This document shows positions 48,965-60,816 of a stretch of 64,000 bases of DNA, piece after piece. Within the stretch, counting starts at the first letter, position 1. Each line of letters opens with the position of its first letter. The stretch spans positions 191,801 through 255,800 of the forward strand of contig NIVC01000981.1 in NCBI GenBank assembly GCA_002269645.1, given 5' to 3'. Below the pieces are notes generated by a model. It was given only the letters and a program-made list of their open reading frames with translations, searched no databases and was not told the DNA's origin. This stretch comes from Macrostomum lignano (Eukaryota). The position numbers and the translations under genes are program-made.

Positions 48965-49291
48965 AGAGCACTTTAATCAGCAGCTCATTGCTAGTAGCAT
49001 TAGCCAGTGGGTGTGCAGTGTGACACACAATTCCTGCCAAATTAGCCGAAGATGCTGTCAGCACAGACACCGAAGCGACAGTGCTCCCGAATTTCTGTGC
49101 TGGCGGTTGCCAGCTGAAGACTGGAGACATTGAGTCTAGTGCCGAGTACTCAGTCTGAGACCGCTGCCGAACAGACCAGCTAATCTGGGGTGGCGGATTT
49201 CCGCCCACTGATTGACAGGTAAGATTAAGTCGGCTGCCTTCGGTGGCGGTGTCGGAGTCTGCGGCGGTCACAGTCGGTTGAGCCGGTGGTG
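48965..49291 (-). CDS. Echinoid-like receptor exon: Ig2 (C2-set, nephrin/CD80-like)
   Basis: PPAQPTV...EGSRLNLTCQSVGGNPPPQISW. 327 bp, phase 1-1. Confidence 0.9.
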
Positions 49292-50409
49292 CTGTGATGG
49301 GGAAAGTTATCGGGGTTGATGAAGCTGGTTTAGCGAGGTTTACGGTGAAGGTTTGGGGAAATTTTGATATAAAGTTCGGCTTCCCTAAAAAAGGAAGAGG
49401 ATAGAATCCGTTGTTAGAAGCACTGACAATTGGCAGCAGTGTGAAGGAGTTCAACCTGAGACTAATTAGGAATTTTATTTCACTCAATTTAATCCCGCTG
49501 AGAGAGGCAGGCAGTTCATGTGACGATGGCGCAACCACCAGCTTGTTAGCCGGGGCTGTGCGGGGTCGGTCCTGACTCATCCCAGACGCTCGATCGGCGG
49601 AGACGTCAGCACCTCGAGTCCCATCCTCCCGTCCGCTATTGAGCGGACACGAGTGCTCAGGAATTTCTAGTGTTTAGAGACGTAAAGAAAGGAATTTTCC
49701 AATGGGATTAAAAGCTTCTTGACACGCGACAAGAAGGCGAAATGAACGCAGAAAATATGAGACCAGCTGACTCACGGCGCTTCTCGTGACAACTGCATGT
49801 CCACTTCCTGCTTAGGGATAATCCTGAATCCTCTTTTCTCTATTTTATCAGACCTTAATCCCAGCTAGCCTCTAGCAGCCTCTTTAAGTCTACTCGCCAA
49901 CAAGCCCATTCAATTGAATTAAAAGCCTTTTGCTCATTTTTGTGCTCACAATTTGAATTGGCTTTTTCTTATATTAGCTCAGTGCTGAGAGGTGAGCAGC
50001 CAATGCAGCGTGTGTTGTCACTCAGCGCCGCAAATACCCTCTCAAGCCCTTCTGTTCCCAGGTAATTGACAGTCAATCCAAGCTCACTCGACTGAATTGT
50101 CTGAGAGAGAAAGTTAAAAAAAAGTTCATTCAAATCAAGTGTAAATACATCGTGTGTCTGGCGAGGCAGGAGCGGAGCTGCAGAGGGCAAGAGAGTGTGA
50201 GGCACTGAGGTTCTTCAATTACTGAATTACATCAATTTTATGCCTGCAATTTGTGTTCTGCCTGATGAAATTTCTTCTCGCAAAAAATTCAACTGTCTGT
50301 TAATAGGCTTTTGGATAATCGGTATTGAGTTATTGCTGCCGGACCGAGGCTGCTGGCTTGCGGTGAAGCTGCCGCTTTGCGATCTCGCAAGGCCCGAAAT
50401 CTTTGTCTA

Positions 50410-51150
50410 CTCTCTCCCCTCTCTCCTCTCTCCTCTCCTCTCTCCTCTCCTCTTCCCTCCCCTCTCTCCTCTCTCCTCTCTCCTTTCTCCTCTCTCCTCT
50501 CTACTCTCTCCTCTCCTCTCTCCTCTCCTCTTCCCTCCCCTCTCTCCTCTCTCCTCTCTCCTCTCCTCTTCCCTCCCCTCTCTCCTCTCTTCTCTCTCCT
50601 CTCTCCTCTCTCCTCACTCCTCTCTCCTCTCCTCTTCCCTCCCCTCTCTCCTCTCTTCTCTCTCCTCTCTCCCCTCTCCTCTCTCCTCTCTCCTCTCTCC
50701 TCTCTCCTCTCTCCTCTCTCCTCTCTCCTCTCTCCTCTCCTCTCTCCTCTCCTCTCTCCTCTCTCCTCTCTCCTCTCTCCTCTATCCTCTCTCCTCTCTC
50801 CTCTCTCCTCTCCTCTCTCCTCTCTCCTCTCATCTCTCCTCTTCCCTCCCCTCTCTCCTCTCTCCTCTCTCCCCTCTCCTCTCTCCTCTCTCCTCTCCTC
50901 TCTCCTCTCTCCTCTCCTCTCTCCTCTCTCCTCTCCTCTCTCCTCTCTCCTCTCCTCTCTCCTCTCTCCTCTCCTCTCTCCTCTCTCCTCCCTCCTCCCC
51001 TCTCCTCTCTTCTCTCTCCTCTCTCCCCTCTCCCCTCTCCTCTCCTCTCTTCTCTCCTCTCTCCTCTCCTCTCTCCTCTCTCCTCTCTCCACTATCCACA
51101 CTTCATCTCCACTCTCCTCTCTCCTCTCTCCTCTCATCTATTGTCTGTCC
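50410..51150. repeat. (CTCTC)n-like polypyrimidine tract
   Basis: Directly visible. Confidence 0.95.
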
Positions 51151-51448
51151 TCTCTCTTTAAATTCAAAGCATTATCTCTTTGTCTCCCACAAAAGGTTAA
51201 GAAAATTGAACAAAAATTTACGTGAATGAGCCCAGTTGACCTGAGCAGCCACAAAATCTTCCCGAGCAACAACTGACGCTTTGCTACTCTCTGCTCTCTT
51301 TAGCCTGTCATTCAGAATTTCTCAATTACACAAAAAGCACTTAAATTAGTCAAGGATTTCTTCAACTGCTTCAGTCTAAACCGTATATATTTTTTCAGAT
51401 ATTCAAATTCTTCTCGTGCCTCCGAGCTTCAAAGTATATTAGTAATAA

Positions 51449-51862
51449 ATAATAATTTTAGGAGGGCACCCTAGCGCAACGCCTTCGGCGACATGGTCCC
51501 ACAGCCAGCACTGAGTACACTCACTGTGCCTTTTGGGTTTGTGCGTGCGGTTCAGCAAAACGGGAGAGACTGCTTGCATAACTCTTTTAAAAGCCATGGG
51601 CTCACCATTGATAACACCTGCCCGAATTGGGCCAGATGAGCAACCGACAGCTCAGCCGCAGCTTTCTATTGCGCGGCGCATCTGAAGGCTGCGTACGGCT
51701 GTTCAGTCCAAGGACTGGGGGTCGCCACACACAGCCTCAATTGCCCCAGCTAATGCTGGCACCCATTTTACCGCTGGATGAGATGCTTCAGTGGGATCGA
51801 GAATCGAACCCCGGACCTTCAAATCGTGAGTCCGATGCTGTAAACACCAGGCTACCACCCCC
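51449..51862 (-). mobile_element. Full-length tRNA-derived SINE (~414 bp)
   Basis: The - strand head GGGGGTGGTAGCCTGGTG...CTCACGA...GGTTCGATTCT has A and B boxes. Body motif CAGCGGTAAAATGGGTGCC; AT-rich tail. 13-bp TSD ATATTA(G/T)TAATAA at 51436-48 and 51863-75. Confidence 0.85.
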
Positions 51863-52509
51863 ATATTATTAATAATCACTGAATTGATTTATTATCAGGT
51901 GTAATCAGTTACTATAACAATTAGTCATTAATACTCCAAAATTTCCTCGCAAGCCTTTGCAGAAATCAGGCAATTTGCTTTTTAAACAAACTCTGTTGCG
52001 GAAATGCATAACTAACGCCAGTTTCTATTCAACAGTGTCACCTTACTTGACCTCACAAGAGCAAACAATTCCCGGTGCTAAATTGTTACAATTAAAGAAA
52101 GCTGAAATGTTTTTGAAGGCCGGCTGCTTTGTCCGCTGCAACCCTAAAAGATCGCATGAAACAGCAGTTGAGATTTGCTAATTAATTAATGAGTAAAACA
52201 GGCCTGAGAGAAAACACACTAGATGGAAGGCCAGGGCAGGTGAGAATTGAAATGCAATTAACAATCTCACACAGAGAGAGAGAGCTTAAGCCCCATCTCA
52301 AAGAGCCATGCAGCCTGTAATGCTGCGTGTGTCTAAAAAATTGTGTAAAAAATAATAATAAAATATTTGTGACCATGTGCGGAGCGTGAGAAACATATTT
52401 GTGGAGATATAACTACCCACAATTAATAATGCCATCCAAGAGACACATTACAGCCTCTTAGTTAAGAAGCAGGCATTAAAAGAGGAGATCATTGTCAATC
52501 CTTTGCCTC

Positions 52510-53060
52510 CCTTATCACTCTTCCCTCCTTGTCACCCATTTTTTCTCCTCCTTGTCAATTCTCTTCCCTCCTACTAGTCACTCTTTTTCCCTCCTTGACA
52601 CCCCTCTAGCCTCCTTGTCACCCCTCTAGCCTCCTTGTCCCTCTTCCCTCCTCCTTGTCACTCCTCACTCCTCCTTGTCACTCCTCACTCCTCCTTGTCA
52701 CTCCTCACTCCTCCTTGTCACTCCTCACTCCTCCTTGTCACTCCTCACTCCTCCTTGTCACTCCTCTAGCCTCCTTGTCCCTCTTCACTCCTCCTTGTCA
52801 CTCCTTTAGCCTCCTTGTCCCTCTTCACTCCTCCTTGTCACTCCTCACTCCTCCTTGTCCCTCCTCACTCCTCCTTGTCACTCCTCTAGCCTCCTTGTCC
52901 CTCCTCACTCCTCCTTGTCACTCCTCTTTCCTCCTCCTAGTCACTCTTTTTCCCTCTTTGTCACTCCTCACTCCTCCTTGTCACTCCTCACTTCTCCTTG
53001 TCCCTCCTCACTTCTCCTTGTCCCTCCTCAATCCTCCTTGTCACTCCTCTTCCCTTCCTG
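52510..53060. repeat. 20-bp minisatellite (CTCCTCACTCCTCCTTGTCA)
   Basis: Directly visible. Confidence 0.92.
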
Positions 53061-53814
53061 TCTGTCCTCAATCACACTCGCATTCTGTTCCATATATACG
53101 AAACATTTAACCCTAACTCACATTTGCACAAGCAGCAGAGTGCATTGAAACATTAGCAAACTGTTTTAGTGCAACTTGTAACAGTCTGTGCACTAAGTGA
53201 ACCAATCATATAGACCATTCTGTCACTTTTCAATCGTCTGGCACATCTAATAAATTAATTTTATGATATCTACTGGATAATATAAGTAGTTACCAGGGCT
53301 TTACTTAATACCTATTGTAATTGCCCTTAGACCTGTATTCTCATAAGCTTCTCAAAGTTTCCCAGAGATTGACAACTACCGAGCTTACTGCTCTTATGCT
53401 TATACAAGCCTCTTAAGCCTTCTTATTCGTGCTCAACAAGCCAAGCCCTCCGCGCCGCCCCTGTGACCACCCACAAGCAACTAAAAAAATAATAAGCAAC
53501 ATTGACAACCAGAAAGAGACAGAGCTTGTAAGAGAAATTTAATGCATAGAAAACATTGTGCGTCTTGAACAGGGGCGGTCGCCCCTCTCTATCTGTCTTT
53601 TAGTCGAGTTGGTGCACAGAAAGTTGCGCTTCTCTTGTGGAAGGCAGTTTCTGATAATTATCGCATCTGCAGTCAGAAATGATTTATTGCCGCTTATGGA
53701 CGCGAGTTGATTGCGTATGTTATTCTGTAGCTGTGAGATTTATTCCCTCTCTTGTCTTCAAATCTCTTCAGCTGTTTTGTTTATTGCCTTGGGAGTTCTC
53801 GCTTTTTATCTCGA

Positions 53815-54725
53815 ATTCTATCTGTCACTATTATTTGTCACTTTCTATCTGACACTTTCTATCTGTCACTTTCTATCTGTCACTTTCTATCTGACACTTT
53901 CTATCTGTCACTTTCTATCTGTCACTTTCTATCTGTCACTTTCTATCTGTCACTTTCTATCTGTCACTTTCTATCTGTCACTTTCTATCTGTCACTTTCT
54001 ATCTGTCACTTTCTATCTGTCACTTTCTATCTGACACTTTCTATCTGTCACTTTCTATCTGTCACTTTCTATCTGTCACTTTCTATCTGTCACTTTCTAT
54101 CTGTCACTTTCTATCTGTCACTTTCTATCTGTCACTTTCTGTCTGTCACTTTCTATCTGACACTTTTTGTCTCTCACTTTCTATCTGAAATTTTCTATCT
54201 GACACTTTTTGTCTGACACTTTCTATCTGTCACTTTCTATCTGTCACTTCTATCTGTCACTTTCTATCTGTCACTTTTTATCTCTCACTTTCTATCTGTC
54301 ACTGTCTGTCTGTCACTTTCTATCTCTCACTTTCTATCTCTCACTTTCTATCTGACACTTTTTGTCTCTCACTTTCTATCTGACATTTTCTGTCTGACAC
54401 TTTCTATCTGTCACTTTCTATCTGTCACTTTCTATCTGTCACTTTCTAGCTGTCACTTTCTATCTGTCACTTTCTATCTGTCACTTTCTATCTGTCACTT
54501 TCTATCTGTCACTTTCTATCTGTCACTTTCTATCTGACACTTTCTATCTGTCACTTTCTGTATCTCACTTTCTATCTGTCACTTTCTGTCTGTCCCTTCT
54601 ATCTGTCACTGTCTGTCTGTCACTTTCTATCTGTCACTTTCTATCGCTCACTTTCTATCTCTCACTTTCTATCTCTCACTTTCTATCTCTCACTTTCTAT
54701 CTGTCACTTTCTGTCTCTCACTTTC
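53815..54725. repeat. 14-bp minisatellite (TGTCACTTTCTATC), ~65 units
   Basis: Directly visible. Confidence 0.97.
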
Positions 54726-56092
54726 ACAAAACCTCCCAGCCACAATACTCCTATTGTGATATTTTTAATCTCAATCAGTCTCACTTTGCAGCTGAACGTT
54801 TTCCACTGCATCGAGCCCAAGCCCCAGCTCAGTCTCTTTAGACATTTCTGCGGATTCCCCCACAGTGCTCAGGTTCCACTAAGCATCATGCATGACTTGA
54901 GACCAAGCTTGGCAGGAAACAATTATGAGAGCATAGAAATTTGCGTCACGTCAAGCATGCAAGCTCAGCTCAACTCAAAACAATGAAAGTGGGGGGGGCA
55001 TTTCTCTTATCTAGTTCTGCCTGCGCTTTGAGCAACAATTTCAATTTGTAGCAGAAAAATGATTCACCAGAAACCTATAATCAACTCCTTTTAGTGGAAG
55101 CCAGCCAATTCTTAACAGTGAAACAGGTCTCGCAGGCAGCGAAAAGATTCCACTTTGTCTTTAATTTTCTAAATTACTTAATTTTAGGCAAGCAAGTGCA
55201 TCAGATTTCAATCTCTCCAATTTTGCTTTGCTTTTAGAAGGCTTCAGCCGTCAACAGACAGCGTTGGCTGTTGTTCGCTCATCGTGTCATGCCCCCCCCC
55301 CCCCCCCTTGCAAAGAGATGAAGCCCTCGCACAGTGATTGGTATCAGCAGCCACGTGGTTAACACCTGTGTCTATAGAAGTAGAGAGATTCTAAGGACTC
55401 GGCCCTGCTCTGCTGGGTGACCACTTATTGAACTGATTGCGTAGGTGGGCATAGGTAGACAGGCTCTTGCCTTAGGGCGAGTGAGTGCACTAAGCTGCGG
55501 AAAGCTCCAGGTTCCTTACGTTCTTTCAATGTTTTTTAGCTTAGTAACAAGATAAACAAACACGGGCTAGTCAATATACTTTTAGGCTATCGTATGTACA
55601 CCTGTGCAGTCTGATAAAAGCGGTCTATTTATTGTTTAGCTAACCTCTAATAAAAAAATCAGCGATTGTATGTACACTCTTATCTCTCTAGTCAAAACCG
55701 GTGTACGCAAAAAATCTCTCCTTCAACCCCCCCCCAATTCGATGCACGATTTGGATTTCCCCCTTTCTTCTCTACCCGAATGTACATTCGTATTAAAGCG
55801 GACAAGCCAACCTCGCTCCAATCAAGTTCTGTTCAGCGTACATTCCTCAGTGTCCCTACCGTACAGTGTATGAAAAATCATTTAAATTCGTGCCATTTTT
55901 AAACAACCTTTTAACACCGGGAAGGTTTCAGTTTGTTAAAGTGATATTTTAATATTGTTCAAATTTTGCTTTGGCGCGAATTTGAATTTTATTAAATTTT
56001 ACGGAAGCATCAAGCTTTAGTAACTGCCTTTCTACCTGTATAATTGGTATTAAATAACGGATAAAAAAGGACATTGCGCTAGGATAACTCAC

Positions 56093-56452
56093 TGACAATG
56101 GTGATGCTGCGGTTATCCTTAGCCGCATCAGTATTCCGAATGCCTTCGCACTCGTAGACGCCATCCTGCTCTTTGCTGGCGTTCCACAGAGTCAGACTGC
56201 CATTAACTCGGGTGGCCAGCCTATCTGTCCAATTCTTGAACTGCTCCTGCAGGCTGCACTTGCCTGAATCGGCGTGGCACAGAGCCAGTTTGTTCCAGGT
56301 GACGCCGTTGTTAGACGAGAACCGCCAGAATATGTAAGTTGCCGGAGGGTCGAAAGCGCAGCTGATGTCAACTCGACCTCCTGGTTGAATGTCGGTTTGA
56401 GGACCGGCGCTCATTCGTAGCGTCAGAGCGGCAACTTCCGCCGATGCTGAGC
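56093..56452 (-). CDS. Echinoid-like receptor exon: Ig1 (V-set-like)
   Basis: VDISCAF...IFWR...GSLTLWNASKEQDGVYECEG. 360 bp, phase 1-1, AATTGCAG| and |GTGAGT. Confidence 0.88.
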
Positions 56453-57191
56453 CTGCAATTTCATAAAGTTGATGCTTAACCAAAGAAATCCTTATTTTGA
56501 GAGGTTAGTATTTAAATTTCGGAATAGCTTCGATATCATGGCTGTCAAATTACCTGCCTGAGTATGACTGTGCGACTGAGATCACCTGTCAAAATCAGCT
56601 ACCTGATCTCTATTACATGTACCTGACCTGCCCATGACCCCTATTACTTAGCCTTCTATGACCTCTATTCTATGGCCTGTTTATGACCTCTATTCTGTGA
56701 TTTGTCTAATGACATTTATTTTATTACCTGTCTAAGACCTCTATTACTTGACCTGTCCATGACCTCTATTTACCTGTCTTTTTATGACCAGCTACAACGC
56801 AACCACGTGTTTATGGTTATTCCTTCCGCTGAAAGGTGTCACAAAGCAGCAAACGCATAAAAGCAATTCCCCAATCTCTTTTTAGACTCGGGGTAGGGGC
56901 AGCAAAGTAAAGACCGGCTACTTTAAATTTTGCCAATTTCAATTTCGCTTTTTGCGTCTGGACAAGGCAGAAAACACACGCGGAGCTCGGGCGAGGAAGG
57001 AAGTGTCGGATGCACAGCACGGGAGGGTTGGACTGCGGGCAAACAGTGTGCCATTCAGCATGACGATGTTTGGAAAGATTTTTCGGCTTTTTTCTCTCTT
57101 GTATAGCTGGCGAGCTTTGTTTTACTAAACTGTCCGTGGATCGCGGGTTTCTTGTCGTGGGCTCGAGTCATTACCGGGATTGCTTCCTCAC

Positions 57192-57324
57192 TTTCAGTGC
57201 CGAAAACCGGGAGGAGGAGGAGCCAAGGGGCGCCTGAGTGCGATGAGGCAGACTTTGTTGGCACGCGATGTTGTAAAATTCCAGGCAGAAAGCCTTGCCT
57301 GGCCAGGGAGATTTGAACCTCAGC
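57192..57324 (-). CDS. Candidate leader/signal-peptide exon of the echinoid-like gene
   Basis: CACTCCAG| acceptor just after the (CAGT)n tract. Ends APWLLLLPVFGTE with a phase-1 donor A|GTGAGG. Could join a 27-nt MKMKPNSQQ exon at 58682-58656. The hydrophobic core is short. Confidence 0.35.
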
Positions 57325-57329
57325 CTGGA

Positions 57330-58606
57330 GTGACTGACTGACTGACTGACTGGCTGACTGACTGACTGACTGACTGACTGACTGACTGATTGACTGACTG
57401 ACTGACTGACTGACTGACTGATTGACTGACTGACTGACTGACTGACTGACTGACTGACTGACTGACTGACTGACTGACTGACTGACTGACTGACTGACTG
57501 ACTGACTGACTGACTGACTGACTGACTGACTGACTGACTGACTGACTGACTGGCTGACTGACTGACTGACTGACTGACTGACTGGCTGACTGACTGACTG
57601 ACTGACTGGCTGACTGACTGACTGACTGACTGACTGACTGACTGACTGACTGACTGACTGACTGACTGACTGACTGACTGACTGACTGACTGACTGACTG
57701 ACTGACTGACTGACTGACTGACTGACTGACTGACTGACTGACTGACTGACTGACTGACTGACTGACTGACTGACTGACTGACTGACTGACTGACTGACTG
57801 ACTGACTGACTGACTGACTGACTGACTGGCTGACTGACTGACTGACTGACTGACTGACTGACTGACTGACTGACTGACTGACTGACTGACTGACTGACTG
57901 ACTGACTGACTGACTGACTGACTGGCTGACTGACTGACTGACTGACTGACTGACTGACTGACTGACTGACTGACTGACTGACTGACTGACTGACTGACTG
58001 ACTGACTGACTGACTGACTTACTGATTGACTGACTGACTGACTGACTGACTGATTGACTGACTGACTGACTGACTGACTGACTGACTGACTGACTGACTG
58101 ACTGACTGACTGACTGACTGACTGACTGACTGACTGACTGACTGACTGACTGACTGACTGGCTGACTGACTGACTGACTGACTGACTGACTGACTGACTG
58201 ACTGACTGACTGACTGACTGACTGACTGACTGACTGACTGACTGACTGACTGACTGACTGGCTGACTGACTGACTGACTGACTGACTGACTGACTGACTG
58301 ACTGACTGACTGACTGACTGACTGACTGACTGACTGACTGACTGACTGACTGACTGATTGACTGACTGACTGACTGACTGACTGATTGACTGACTGACTG
58401 ACTGACTGACTGACTGACTGACTGACTGACTGACTGACTGACTGACTGACTGACTGGCTGACTGACTGACTGACTGACTGACTGACTGACTGACTGACTG
58501 ACTGACTGACTGACTGACTGACTGACTGACTGACTGACTGACTGACTGACTGACTGACTGACTGGCTGACTGGCTGACTGACTGACTGACTGACTGACTG
58601 ACTGGC
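57330..58606. repeat. 1.27-kb (TGAC)n tetranucleotide microsatellite
   Basis: Directly visible, with sparse TGGC/TGAT interruptions. Confidence 0.98.
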
Positions 58607-59234
58607 TATTCCATCTTTCCTGTCTCTCTGCCTTTTCTCCCCAAATTTTTACTACCTGCTGGGAATTTGGCTTCATTTTCATCTTTGAATTTTCGAGACC
58701 AGTTAGCTTAGCAACCTTTAGCCAACTGGTGTTGGTGGGCAGATTCCGAAAAGTTTTCGATAGAATGGAATGCCTGCTGAGACTGGGGTCAGTCTAACAC
58801 TAATTGCTGATCTGCTTGGGGGCCAAAGTATAGTTGCGCAAATTAGGACAGAGTAAAATAATTAATCCAAGGTGCCAGTCTAGTCCTGTGGAGGCAGTGG
58901 GACTAATTTCCCAAGAGAGGAAAATGCGATACAACTCATGTTTTTTGACCCCCACCCCCCAGGCCTGTGGAGCTTGAATCGTCCTCATAGAGAAAATAAA
59001 TGTTTGTCTTGGCACAGAAGGCCGGTTTGGGTTTGCGAGAGTGTGCAGTTAGGTTTATATTCACTGCTATCCCTCCCTTCTTTATCCTGATTCTCTAGAG
59101 AGTTTTCGTTCTTAGCAAACCTATAGATCTTAGTCTACTTTGTAGGTCTTTGTTTAGTCTGTGAAAAGAAAAGATTTTTTCTTTCATGCTTGCCGCCGCA
59201 CTGCAGAAATAACCGTTTTAAAAAGATGGAATGG

Positions 59235-59715
59235 GTGAGAGTAGAGAGGAGAGAGGAGAGAGAGGGGAGAGGAGAGAGGAGAGAGAGAAGGAGAAAGGAG
59301 AGAGGAAAAGAGAAGATGAGAGAGGAAAGAGGGAAGAGAGGAGGGGAGAGGAGGAGAGAGGGGGAGAGGAGAGAGAGGAGAGGGGAGAGAAGATCAGAGA
59401 GAGAGGAGTGGAGAGTGGAGAGGAGAGAGAGAGTAGAGGAAAGAGGACAGAGAAGATAGGAGAGATAATAGAGGAGAGAGGAGAGATAAGAGAGGAGAGA
59501 GGAGGAGAGAAGAGAGAGGAGAGAGGAGAGATGAGAGGGAGTGGGGCGAGGGGAGAGAGTAGTGGGGAGAATGGAGAGGGGAGTGGGGAGAATGGAGAGG
59601 GGATTGGGGAGAATGGAGAGAGTAGTGGGGAGAATGGAGAGGGGATTTGGGAGAGGGGAGAGAGGAATGAGGAGAATGGAGAGAGGAGTGGGGAGAATGG
59701 AGAGGGGAGAGTGCA
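59235..59715. repeat. GA-rich polypurine tract
   Basis: Directly visible. Confidence 0.92.
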
Positions 59716-60334
59716 GAGGGGAACAGAAGGGAAGAGACGAACAGCAGACAAGGTATACACGAGGCCTCTATGCTAAGACAGAAGAAGTCGCTGACGTAAC
59801 CGGCCGAAATGCCGATAATTAGATTGGGTAATAAATTCCCTCGCTCCGCTCAGTTCGGAACCCAAACTGGATAGCTACAGCATGCAGCTCCATAGTCATT
59901 ATCAATAATTGCTGCTTCATCAGCTTTTAGAAGCAGTCAGCAGTCGCTTGCGCCTACAGTGCATTTTACATATGGCCGTTTCCCTTGCCAAGGTTTGCAG
60001 CCAAGGTCGATGCAGCACTTGAGACTAATTATCCTTAGTCTGTGCAACACGGGCCAGTTGCCGTAGCCCAAAGGATGGTTTAAATTCTAAGAAAGGGAAT
60101 TTTTCAAAGCGGTGTGCACGGTTTATGAAGCGAGGTGTATCGCTGCCTTCAGAGTTTGATGAGATTACCATGAAGTCGAATGGTCCGTAGTTGCCTTATC
60201 TCTGTGTTTCGAACTTTTGCCGTTGCAAAACTCTGGTGTTTAGGGGGCAGATGCGTCAGACTGTCAGGTGAGGCCTTATGAAAGGAAGGGGCGATATGAG
60301 GGGAATGGGCGATATAGGGAGAGAAGAGTAGAGA

Positions 60335-60816
60335 AATGAGATAAGAACGGAGAGATAAGATAAGAACGGAGAGATAAGATAAGAGTTGGAGAGATAAGAT
60401 AAGAGTTGGAGAGATAAGATAAGAGTTGGAGAGATAAGATAAGAGTTGGAGAGATAAGATAAGAGTTGGAGAGATAAGATAAGAGTTGGAGAGATAGATA
60501 AGAGTTGGAGAGATAAGATCAGAGTTGGAGAGATAAGATAAGAGTTGGAGAGATAAGATAAGAGTTGGAGAGATAAGATAAGAGTTGGAGAGATAAGATA
60601 AGAGTTGGAGAGATAAGATAAGAGTTGGAGAGATAAGATAAGAGTTGGAGAGATAAGATAAGAGTTGGAGAGATAAGATAAGAGTTGGAGAGATAAGATA
60701 ATAGTTGGAGAGATAAGATAAGAGTTGGAGAGATAAGATAAGAGTTGGAGAGATAAGATAAGAGTTGGAGAGATAAGATAAGAGTTGGAGAGATAAGATA
60801 AGAGTTGGAGAGATAA
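60335..60816. repeat. 20-bp minisatellite (AGATAAGATAAGAGTTGGAG), ~24 units
   Basis: Directly visible. Confidence 0.97.

Noticed and set aside
43245-51560. GGCGACATGGTCCCACA resembles the 5' end of the HDV ribozyme (GGCCGGCAUGGUCCCAGCC)
   Set aside because: By-eye folding finds no proper P1 partner, P3/L3 or P1.1 in either copy, so the double pseudoknot cannot be built.
51790-51862. tRNA-Val(CAC)-like sequence on the - strand
   Set aside because: It is the head of a SINE: it continues into a body and AT tail, is flanked by a TSD, and has an imperfect acceptor stem.
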